In this document: positions 30,540 through 39,409 of the stretch, in pieces
Numbering within the stretch: position 1 is the first letter of the stretch
Layout: every line of letters starts with the position of its first letter
DNA from: an uncultured Acidimicrobiia bacterium
GTDB lineage: Bacteria > Actinomycetota > Acidimicrobiia > IMCC26256 > JAENVU01
Direction of reading: 5' to 3'
DNA: 64,000 nucleotides
Assembly: GCA_963819945.1 (NCBI GenBank)
Contig: CAWFYD010000005.1
Span: 18,374-82,373, forward strand
Program-made: the position numbers and the translations under genes
The notes under the pieces: model-generated
Databases searched by the model: none
The model's input: only the letters and a program-made list of their open reading frames with translations
Told to the model about the DNA's origin: nothing

Positions 30540-31275
30540 GTGGAGTACGAGACGCAGGTCGACGCGGTGGAGCGGGAGCTGGCGGGGCTTGTCGCCGCGG
30601 CCGGTGCGGGCCCGCTCGACGCGCCCGTGCCGACGTGTCCGGGATTCACGGTCGACGACCTGGCCGCGCACGTCGGTGAGTTCTGCGGGTGGTGGACCCA
30701 CAACCTGTGCGAGGGAACGGGACGCCCGAAGACGCCGTACTCGGATGACGTCGGGCCGGAAGGTCGCGTCGAGTGGCTCGCGAGCCATCGGCGAGCATCT
30801 GGTGACCGAGCTGCGAGCCGCGGCGGCGGACACCGTCGTGTGGACGTGGAACCCGTCGGACCAGTCGGCCGCGTTCGTGGCCCGCAGAACCAGCAACGAG
30901 CTGGCCGTGCACCGCGTCGACATGCAGCTCGCGCGTGGTGCCGCGGAGCCGGTGGACGCGGAGCTCGCGGTCGACGGGATCGAGGAGATCATCGTGATCA
31001 TGACGCGCGGCCGCCCCGTCGATCCGGCGCTCCGGCCGACCACGCGCCAGACGTTGCACCTGCACGGCACCGACTACGAGCCGTCCGAGTGGTTCGATCG
31101 TGCTCGATCCCGACGGCGTGCAGGTCACCCGCGAGCACGCGAAGGGTGACCTCGCGTTGAAGGGCGGCGTGAGCGATCTCGAGATGCTCCTGTACCAGCG
31201 GCCGACGGTCGGCGCGGTCGAACGGTTCGGCGACGACTCGGTGCTCGAGACGTTCCACCGAGAGTTCACGTTCTG
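30540..31275 (+). pseudogene. Maleylpyruvate isomerase family mycothiol-dependent enzyme (MDMPI/DinB-like), about three frame switches
   Basis: GTG 30540 MEYETQVDAVERELAGLVAAAG...CPGFTVDDLAAHVGEF; VWTWNPSDQSAAFVARRTSNELAVHRVD (ORF 30589..). The last part, EWFIVLDPDGVQVTREHAKGDLALKG..., is my own translation, ending at TGA 31273-31275. Confidence 0.6.
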
Positions 31276-31287
31276 AGCACGCCGGCC

Positions 31288-31976
31288 GTGACCATCGGCG
31301 ACGCGGCCCGCAACAACGCGGAGCTGTGCGACATCGTGTGCCGGACCCACAACGTCGTCGGTGCCTTCGCCCCGGATGCGTGGACCAGTGCCGAGCGCAC
31401 TCCCCCGCTGTATCCCGACGCGGTCACGCTGCGGCCCGGCGTCTCCGCGTCCGGCCTGCTCGCGCGCATCGACGGCTCCCCTGGCTGCTCGATCAAGGAC
31501 AGCTTCGCCGACCTCGACCTCGGGCCGCACGGGTTCGAGATCCTGTTCGCGGCCGAATGGATCCAGCGGCCACCGACGAAGGCGAGCGGTGACGTCCCGC
31601 CCTGGATTCCGATCGTCGACGACGCAGTCGCTGGCCCGATGGTCGGCCGCGTGGGCCGACGCCGGCGACCCGACGGACCTGTTCCGCCCGGCCCTGCTCC
31701 GTCATCCCGACATCGTCGTGCTCGCGGCCATGGTCGGCCCCGAGGTGGTCGCCGGCGCGCTGGCGAACCGCAGCGCGCACGTCGTCGGACTGTCGAACGT
31801 CTTCGTGACGACCGCCGCGCCCGACGACGTCTGGCCCGGCTGCCTCGACGCGATCACCGCGACGTTTCCCGGCCTCCCGATCGTCGGGCTACGAACCGGC
31901 CGAGTCGCTGGAGACCGCGCGGCACTACGGGTTCACCTCACTGGGGCCGTTGCGGGTCTGGATCCGACCGGAATAG
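31288..31976 (+). pseudogene. GNAT-like acetyltransferase-fold hypothetical protein, two frame switches
   Basis: GTG 31288 MTIGDAARNNAELCDIVCRTH...; LARWSAAWADAGDP...HVVGLSNVFV (ORF 31361..). The last part, GYEPAESLETARHYGFTSLGPLRVWIRPE, is my own translation, ending at TAG 31974-31976. Confidence 0.45.
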
Positions 31977-31987
31977 CAACGCCTGGC

Positions 31988-32358
31988 TCACCACGCCGGC
32001 GGCGACGAGCACGAGCCCGATCGACCAGCCACGGGAGCGGGTTCAGGTGCTCCTCGCAGCCACTCGACGTCGCGGTGTGCCAGCACGTCGTGCCCGGGAC
32101 CGTCGCGCTGCACCCACGCGACGAAGAGGAACAGTGCCCCGGCACCGGCCAGCAACCCGAACGCGGATCGCTGCGAGCTCGGACGGATCGCGAGCCACAC
32201 CGCCAGCGCCGGCGAGCGGGATGACCGCGACAACGAGCACCACGACGAACGAGATCAGGCCGAGCACCAAGGCCGCAGCCGATCAGTGCCCACACGCAGA
32301 ACCAGGCCCACCCGACGAGATGCGACCGGCGTCTCGTCCGCAGCCCGGCTCGGCTCAT
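31988..32358 (-). pseudogene. Small polytopic membrane protein, 2-3 frame switches
   Basis: ATG 32358 overlaps the VOC stop (ATGA). Hydrophobic segments HLVGWAWFCVWALIGCGLG, LVLGLISFVVVLVVAVIPLAG and FGLLAGAGALFLFVAWV lie in three different frames (ORFs 31933.., 32043.., 31988..). Confidence 0.35.
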
Positions 32359-32792
32359 TGGTGCAGGCGGCGGGCGAACTGGTCGCCGGCGAGCAGCTCG
32401 ATGATCTGACCGTCCGGGTCCGCGACGAACACCGCGTTCGGCAGGCGCGACTCCTCGAACACCGTGCCGCCGTGGGCGATGACCGCCGCGCACGTGGCGT
32501 CGATGTCATCGACCCCGACCGAGAGGTGGGTCAGTCCCGGCTCGGTGATCGGCCGGACCCGCGGCGCCAACGGCTCCGGCTGCGCGAACGCGAGGAGCTC
32601 GAGCACGAAACCGTCGCGCTTCAGGTACACCGCGTGCATCTCGACCGGATCCGGCAGGCGCAGCAGCTTCGCCGACTGCGGCCCGCTGACGTCCAGCTCC
32701 ATCACTTCCTCGAACGCGAGCACCTCGACGTAGAACGCGCGCGACACGTCGAGATCACGAACGCACTGCCCGACGTGACTGAACATCACCAC
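32355..32792 (-). CDS. VOC (glyoxalase) family protein
   Basis: Uninterrupted 145-aa ORF: MFSHVGQCVRDLDVSRAFYVEVLAF...GLTHLSVGVDDIDA.... Confidence 0.8.
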   Translation of the reverse strand: MVMFSHVGQCVRDLDVSRAFYVEVLAFEEVMELDVSGPQSAKLLRLPDPVEMHAVYLKRDGFVLELLAFAQPEPLAPRVRPITEPGLTHLSVGVDDIDATCAAVIAHGGTVFEESRLPNAVFVADPDGQIIELLAGDQFARRLHQ

Positions 32793-32818
32793 GGCGCCGA
32801 TCCTGCCAGATCCCCACG

Positions 32819-32865
32819 TTTTGGCGTCGTACAGGCACCTCTACGGGGCCAAGGCGACGCCAAAA
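32819..32865. repeat. Palindromic element copy 3 (TTTTGGCGTCG-core-CGACGCCAAAA)
   Basis: Read directly. 11-bp inverted termini. Lies 11 nt beyond the phosphatase stop (32877) and 26 nt upstream of the VOC start (32792). Confidence 0.85.
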
Positions 32866-32876
32866 CGATGGGAGGG

Positions 32877-33624
32877 TCAGTCGAGGAGGGAGGTGCGGAT
32901 GCCTTCGACGGCGACGGGCTCGAGGCCGTGGGCGAGGACGTAGCCCTCGATGGAGCCGTACTCGCTGATCAGGTGCGTCGATGACCGCTCGCATCGCCAC
33001 CGCGTCCACCGCGTAGTGCTGCTTCGGCCACCTCCGCGATCGCCCCGTCGGTCGGCCCGGGCCTGGTGCCGCTCGAGCAGCACCGGCATGCGGTCGTGGG
33101 TCAGGCCGTAGTCGGCCGCGATCAGATCGGGATCCACGCCGAGCAGCCCGAGCACGAGCATGGCGACGAGCCCGGTGCGGTCCTTGCCGGCCGCGCAGTG
33201 GAAGACCAACGGCTGACGGTCCGTCTGCGCGATCACGCCGGAGCACTTCGACGAAGCTGGCGGCGAAGCGGTCGAGCATGAGCAGGTAGAGCCCGTCGAG
33301 CGGCTTGTCCGCGCGGCGTCTTCCCAACCGTCGGGCGGCGGGCGCGGGTCTCGTCGATGATCGGGATGTGCGCGACTTGCACGCCGAGCGAGCCGAGCGG
33401 GCCGTGGGTGAACTTGCTCGACCTCACCGACCCCGCGCAGATCGATGACGGTGCGCAGCCCGAGCACCTCGATGACGTGCCGGACGTCGGCGTCGCTCAT
33501 GTACGACAGCGAGTCGCTGCGGTACAGGCGACCGGTGCGCACGAACCGCCCGTGCATCGGTCTCGTAGCCGCCGACGTCGCGGAAGTTCGCGGGCCCGTC
33601 GAGCGGGATCAGTCGGTCCTGCAT
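32877..33624 (-). pseudogene. Protein-tyrosine/serine phosphatase family protein, about four frame switches
   Basis: MQDRLIPLDGPANFRDVGGYETD (tail of ORF 33424..34695), GRFVRTGRLYRSDSL...VIDLR, and the active-site loop VFHCAAGKDRTG (ORF 32877..33557). Confidence 0.65.
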
Positions 33625-33632
33625 CCGCCGAC

Positions 33633-34858
33633 CTACAGGTCGAGGCCGAGCATGCGGATCGCGTTCCCGCGGCAGATCTTGTCGACGACGTCCTGCGGGA
33701 GGAACTCCCATCATCGACGCGGCCAGCTCCTTGGTGTGGGGCCAGGTCGAGTCGGTGTGCGGGTAGTCCGTCTCGAACGTCGTGTTGTCGACGCCGACGC
33801 GGGCGAGCGACTCGAGGCCGTGCACGTCCCGGAAGAAGCAGCCGAAGACCTGGCGGTAGTAGTAGGTCGACGGCGGTTCGGGGACGATGTCCTTCACGCC
33901 ACCCCACGCCCGGTGCTCGCGCCACACGTCGTCGGCGCGCTCGAGGATGTACGGGATCCAGCCGATCTGGCCCTCGGAGTACGCCAGCTTCAGCTCGGGT
34001 GCCGCACGAGCACGCCGGAGAACAGGAAGTCCGCGAGGCTCGACATCGCGTTGCCGAAGCTCAGGGTCGCGGCGACCGCGACCGGCGCGTCGACCGACGT
34101 GGCCGGCATCTTCGAGCTCGAGCCGATGTGCATGCACACGACCGTCTGCGTCTCCTGGCACGCCGACGAAGAACGGGTCCCAGTAGCCGGTGTGGATGCT
34201 CGGCAGCCCGAGGTGCGGCGGGATCTCGCTGAAGCACACGGCTCGCACACCGCGCGCCGCGTTGCGACGAACCTCCGCCGCGGCGAGCTCGGCGTCCCAG
34301 AGCGGGATGAGCGTGAGCGGGATGAGCCGGCCGCCGCTGTCGCCGCACCACTCCTCGACCATCCAGTCGTTGTACGCGTAGACACACGCTTCCGCGAGCT
34401 CGCGGTCCTTCGCCTCGAGGAACGTCTGGCCGCAGAAGCGCGGGAAGGTCGGGAACGACAGCGACGCCTCGACCCAGTTGATGTCCATGTCGTCGAGGCG
34501 GGCCTTGGGCTCGTAGCAACCCGGCCGCATCTCGTCGTAGGTGATCGGCGACATCGTCATGTCGTCACGGTCGAAGCCGACCGACGCGACGTGGCGCTTG
34601 TTGATGTAGACGAGATCCTCGTAGACCCAGCAGTCGGCCTTCGGGCTCTCGTCGTCGAAGGTCTGCTCGTAGGTGCCGCCGCCGATGTGGCGCATGCCGG
34701 CGACCCCGCGGCGCTCGACCTTCGGCCCCCGGTCCCGGAAGCGGGCCGGGAGCCAGGTGTCCCAGAGGTGGGCGGGCTCGACGACGTGGTCGTCGACGCT
34801 CGACGATCCGCGGGATCTCGATGCCGGCCTCCGTGCCGTGCTCCGCCGTTGCGGTCAT
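33633..34858 (-). pseudogene. Amidohydrolase_2 (ACMSD-like) family protein, paralog of 14969..16252, about five frame switches
   Basis: MTATAEHGTEAGIEIPRIV (ORF 34565..34858), SSVDDHVVEP... by own translation, YNDWMVEEWCG, YSEGQIGWIPYILERA, ETDYPHTDSTWPH (ORF 33424..34695). C-terminus EFLPQDVVDKICRGNAIRMLGLDL ends at TAG 33633-33635. Confidence 0.7.
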
Positions 34859-34881
34859 CGTGCCTCCGCGCCCTGGCTCCG

Positions 34882-34902
34882 AATCTGACGACCCGTCAGA
34901 TT
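34882..34902. promoter_or_regulatory. Operator-like palindrome AATCTGACG-ACC-CGTCAGATT (class A)
   Basis: Perfect 9-bp inverted arms, 24 nt upstream of the amidohydrolase start (34858). Confidence 0.45.
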
Positions 34903-34962
34903 ACCGCCACGGCCCCCGGCGGCCTCGCAGCGGAGCGGTCCCGGGCGCGGAGTCGGGCCGCG

Positions 34963-36459
34963 TCACGCCGGGCAGTGCAGATCCGGCGCGGGCGGGCGCA
35001 ACCGGACGACGTAGGCGACCAGCGCATCGTCCAGGCAGGGGTTCGCCGAGAGGCTCGACGTGTGGCTCGTGCCCTCGACGGTGACGAGCCGGGCCGAGCC
35101 GAGCTCGCGGGTCAGGCTCTCGGCCCAGGCGATCGGGGTGGCCGGGTCCCCCGTCGTGCCCACCACGACGATCGGCGGCGCGTCGGGCGCGGTCACCGCC
35201 GTCGGCGTCCGGGTCACCGGCGGGACCGGCCAGTACGAGCACGTGAGCGTGAGGCCGATCGTCGAGACACCGAAGATCGGCGCCGCCGCCCGCGGCGTGC
35301 GCCTCGAGCGCGGGCAACGTGGACGGGGCGAGCTCGGGACCGTCGGCGCACGAGATCGCGAGGAACGCGGCCCACTCCGGCGAGTAGGTGCCGTCCGCCT
35401 TGCGCCCGACGTAGTCGTCGAAGCTCTCGAGCATCGTCGGCCGGATCGCCGTGCTCCGCCTCGCGCAGGGAGTGGGCCAGGTCGTCGTAGCCGTCCGCGC
35501 CCTCGTACAGCGGCGACGCGACCGCGAGGTCGAACTGCGTCGGGCCGAGCAGCTGGCCGTCGTCGCCCTTGATCGGCCGGCGGTCGACCTTGGCCCGCAG
35601 TGCGTTGAACGCCGGCCGCGGGCTTCCCGCCGTGATGGAACGCGCAGCTCTCGACGCTTCGCGCAGTCGGCGAGGAACGCGTCGAGCGAGCGCTCGAACC
35701 CCGTGCGACTGCTCGATCGACACCTGCTCGATCGACAACGCGGGGTCGATGGCTCCGTCGAGCACGAGCGCGCGGACGCGGTCCGGGTACTGCTGCGCGT
35801 ACAGCGCACCGATGTACGTGCCGTACGAGAGGCCGAGGAACGTCAGCTTCTCGTCGCCGAGCGCGGCGCGAATGTGCTCGAGATCCGGACGGTGTCGAGA
35901 CGTCGAGACGTGGCGGATGAGCGCGGGCTCCGCTGGTCGCACGCCTGCGCGAACCTCTTGGCCGCGGCTTCCCGGGCCGCGGACTCGGCCGCGTCGTCGG
36001 GCGCGACATCGACGTTGAAGAGGTAGTCGAGCCGGTCGCCACATCGGACCGGGCTGCTCCGGCCCGTGCCGCGGGGATCCCAGCCGACGACGTCGAACCG
36101 GTCGCTGATCTCGCTCGGGAGCACGCTCGGCCAGCTGGTCCACGATAGTCCGAGCCCGGCGCGCCCGGCCCGCCCGGGTTGACGACGATCGAGCCGATCC
36201 GCTCGTCGGGCTTCGCGGCCCGCACCCGGGCAGAGCGAGGCCGATCTTCTGGCCCGCGGGCTGCGCGGGGTCGAGCGGGACCTGGAGCGTGGCGCACTCG
36301 CCGTCTCCGCAGTCCGTCCAGTCGAGCGCGGCTTCGACCGGGCGCCTCGTCGCTCCGACGACCGTCGCGTGGCGTCACCGGTGCCGACGAGCTGCCGCCG
36401 CACGCGGCGAGCGCGAGGAGACCGGCAACGAGCAGCGCGACGGCGCGACGGGATGACAT
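34963..36459 (-). pseudogene. Secreted alpha/beta hydrolase (tripeptidyl-aminopeptidase-like) lipoprotein, many frame switches
   Basis: ATG 36459 MSSRRAVALLVAGLLALAACGGSS (lipobox); IGSIVVNPGGPGAPG; LTFLGLSYGTYIGALYAQQYPDRVRALVLDG (GxSxG; ORF 35214..36143); C-terminus VVVGTTGDPATPIAWAE...TVEGTSHTS (ORF 34963..). Confidence 0.65.
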
Positions 36460-36529
36460 GAGCCGACCACGGTGCCACACCGGCCGGGCTCGAACCGCGG
36501 CAGGGGTCGCAGCCATGTAGGTTTCGTCG

Positions 36530-37979
36530 ATGGTCCAGAGCTTGTTGGTGGGTGGACAGTCCCGCGCTGCACTCGACGGCAGCGAGTTCAGCGTGCGCGA
36601 GCCGTCGACCGGCGAGCGAGCTGGTCCAGGTGGCGCGGGCCGGTGCCGCGGATGTCGACGCGGCCGTCACGTCTGCGGTCGCGGCGTTCGAGAGCGGCGT
36701 CTGGGCCTCACGAGTCCGCGACCGGCGCGCGGCCGGGTGCTCATGAAGGTCGCGACACTGCTCCGGGAGCGGGCCGAGACGTTCGCGGTCGCGGAGGCGC
36801 GCAACGCCGGCAAGCCGATCGGCGACGCCCGCTGGGAGGTCGAGGCCGCAGCGGGGACCTTCGAGTACTACGCCGGCGCCGCGAACAAGCTGTTCGGCGA
36901 GGTGGTGCCGGTGCAGGACGCCGGGCTCGACGTCGTGCTGCGGGAGCCCGTCGGCGTCTGCGCGCTGATCGTCCCGTGGAACTTCCCGCTGCTCATCACG
37001 TGCTGGAAGACCGCGCCCGCGCTGGCGTGCGGCAACGCGGTGATCATCAAGCCGGCATCGCTCACGCCGGTGACCGCGTTGATGCTCGGCGAGCTGCTGG
37101 TCGAAGCCGGCGTCCCCGAGGGGTGCGTCTCGGTGATCCCCGGTCCCGGCAGCGTGGTCGGCGACGCGCTCGGTGAGCGATCCCCGGGTGAACAAGATCT
37201 CGTTCACCGGCGAGACCACGACCGGCGCGTCGATCCTGCGCGTCGTCGTCCGACAACATCACCCGCGTCTCACTCGAGCTCGGCGGGAAGTCGGCGTGCG
37301 TCGTGTTCGCCGACTCCGACTGGGAGCGGGCGGTCGAGGACACCGCGATGGCCGTGTTCGGCAACGCGGGCCAGGACTGCTGCGCCCGGAGCCGGATCGT
37401 GGTCGAGCAGTCCATCTACGACGACTTCGTCGCCGCGTTCGCCCGCCGGACCGAGCGCATCAAGGTCGGGGCGCCGCTCGAGGAGAGCACCGAGATGGGC
37501 CCGATGATCTCCCCGGCCCAGCGCCAGGTGTCGCTCGACTACCTCGAGATCGGCGCCGGCGAAGGGGCGGAGCGGGTGACGGGAGGCGAGATCCCGACGC
37601 GACCCGGCGTTCGAAGGTGGCTCGTACCTCACGCCCGCGGTGCTGGCGAACGTGGACAACGACATGCGCGTCGCGCGCGAGGAGATCTTCGGGCCGGTCG
37701 CGTCGGTGATCCCGTGCGCCGACGAAGCCGACGCGATCCGCATCGCCAACGACGGCGACTACGGGCTCTCGGGCTCGGTGTGGACCCGCGACCTCGGCGC
37801 GCGCGATCCGCGTCGGCAAGGCGATCCGCACCGGCGTGCTGTCCGTGAACTCGAACCGGAGCGTGCGCACCGAAGCGCCGTTCGGCGGCTACAAGCGCAG
37901 CGGCCTCGGCCGCGAGCTCGGCATGCACGCGATGCAGCACTACACCGAGGTCAAGAACCTCTTCCTCTCCTCCGAGTAG
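36530..37979 (+). pseudogene. Aldehyde dehydrogenase family protein, about six frame switches
   Basis: ATG 36530; LIVPWNFPLLITCWKTAPALACGNAVIIKPA (ORF 36530..), LELGGKSA-type and EEIFGPV pieces in ORFs 37303.. and 37640... C-terminus [15 protein letters not shown]...KNLFLSSE ends at TAG 37977-37979. Confidence 0.75.
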
Positions 37980-38006
37980 CCCGTCGCGCCCGCCGTAGCG
38001 CTCGGT

Positions 38007-38074
38007 TTTTGGCGTCAGGCCCTTCGCGTTTGCGCAGGTCAGAGCGTCGCGACTTCAGCCTTACGACGCCAAAA
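38007..38074. repeat. Palindromic element copy 4 (TTTTGGCGTC-48 nt core-GACGCCAAAA)
   Basis: Read directly. The core has nested self-complementary AGGC/GCCT and TCGCG/CGCGA. Lies 27 nt beyond the ALDH stop. Confidence 0.85.
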
Positions 38075-38852
38075 CGTTGGGCTCAGGGGTCCGTCACCAC
38101 TGGTTCGGGGGGAGGGGGCCGCCGGGAATCGTCGCCACCGACCGCAACTCGTCGCGGCAGCGTTGCGCAGTCGGCGCCGATGTCGCCCTGCACCGCCAGA
38201 TCGCCCGCGACGCCCCGGCCGTCGATGCCTCCGGGTTCGAGGAAGAGCCGAGCAGTCCAGTCGCCCGTACTGCTTCGCTGTATCCGGAGCTCCGGAGCGG
38301 CTCGCCGGGTCCCGGCATGGACCGACGAGTCGGCTCACCACGTCACCGCGGCGAGCAGGGCGCGGCATCCCGCGGAGGTCTCGAGGCCTCCGGGCAGCAG
38401 CAAGCACTGGCCCTACCGGAGGCGTCGGCCACTGCGTCGACGCGCGTGAGATGCCCGCGGCGTCACCGGTGATCGACCGGTACCTGAGCGTCACAGTCGC
38501 CGATGTCGTAAGCCTGGATCCCCAACACGGAGTCGGTCGCCGATCGAGACGCGACCGAGAATCAGCCGGCACTGGCGACGCCGCGTCCGGCCATGTCGGG
38601 TGGCCGGCACTCGATCGCTGAGCGACCTGACAGCTTTGAATGCACCATCCCCAGCGTGCTGGAGCTGCCGGGAACTCGGTGACGAGTCGAACTCGCTATT
38701 CGACGATCCCATGGCCGCGAACGAGGTGAGCCCGCGCCGCGATCACGGCGAGGTCAACACCCTGCCGCGTCCGGTGATTCCTCCCGCTCCGCCCGATGCT
38801 CCACACACGCTCATGCACCCGCCGCCCCCGCGATCGCGTCGCTGCCAACAGA

Positions 38853-38899
38853 TTTTGGCGTCGCCTAGGACCCGTATGGGGTCCCTCTTGACGCCAAAA
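38853..38899. repeat. Palindromic element copy 5 (TTTTGGCGTC-27 nt core-GACGCCAAAA)
   Basis: Read directly. The core contains GGACCC-GTATG-GGGTCC. Lies 16 nt beyond the cupin gene stop (38916). Confidence 0.85.
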
Positions 38900-38915
38900 T
38901 CCGAAGGGGAGCTGG

Positions 38916-39380
38916 TTAGGTGCCGATGACTGGGGGGCGGCCGAGGCCTTCGGCCTCGCACATGGCGAAGTAGGTGTCGCGCACGAGGCCGGCGTCGATG
39001 ACCATCTCGACGTTGCCGTCCGCGTCGAGGTTGAGGTTGGCGCCGTAGATCGCGAACCACACGTCGGTCAGCTCGGTGTTCTCCTCGGGGACCGTCAACG
39101 TGTGGACCGACCCGGCCGGCTCGTACAGGTACGACCCCGCGACGTTCACCTCGGGGTACTCGAGGTACTTCCAGCTGCCGGACCGGGTGAACGCGAACAC
39201 CTCGCCGGTGTGCTTGTGGGTCGGCACGGTCGTGCCCGGCTCGAACTTGCTCCGGATCACCCACAGGCCGAGCTCGATGTTGACCTGGAGGAGCTGGAGG
39301 TGGGTGCCGTCGCCGAGGTTGACGAACGGCAGCTCCTCCTCGCCACGGTGGAGGGCTTGGGGAATCTCAAGTGTCGTCAT
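38916..39380 (-). CDS. Cupin domain protein (ChrR / 2,4'-dihydroxyacetophenone dioxygenase-like)
   Basis: Uninterrupted 154-aa ORF with cupin metal motif VPTHKHTGEVFAF...EPAGSVHTL. Confidence 0.65.
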   Translation of the reverse strand: MTTLEIPQALHRGEEELPFVNLGDGTHLQLLQVNIELGLWVIRSKFEPGTTVPTHKHTGEVFAFTRSGSWKYLEYPEVNVAGSYLYEPAGSVHTLTVPEENTELTDVWFAIYGANLNLDADGNVEMVIDAGLVRDTYFAMCEAEGLGRPPVIGT

Positions 39381-39409
39381 GTGCCCATGAAAGCACGCGA
39401 GCGGCAGGG

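Noticed and set aside
38077-38712. ORFs 38077..38472 (+), 38163..38621 (+), 38039..38572 (-) and 38491..38712 (-) as real genes.
   Set aside because: None has a recognisable motif or convincing start context. Protein-like stretches switch frame after 60-70 codons. I treat them as a possible decayed remnant, not as annotated CDS.
5767-38899. Palindromic elements read as integron attC sites or as canonical intrinsic terminators.
   Set aside because: The termini do not fit the attC inverse-core/core consensus (RYYYAAC/GTTRRRY) and no integrase is present. As terminators they lack a 3' U-tract, because the T-run is 5' and base-pairs with the A-run. A non-canonical termination or stabilising role remains possible.
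37980-38915. tRNA, tmRNA, RNase P RNA or SRP RNA hidden in the 936-nt gene-less gap.
   Set aside because: I found no cloverleaf-compatible arms, no GGTTCGA-type T-loop with CCA end, and no AGGAAAGTCC-type RNase P core. Only a covariance-model scan could fully exclude a structured RNA.
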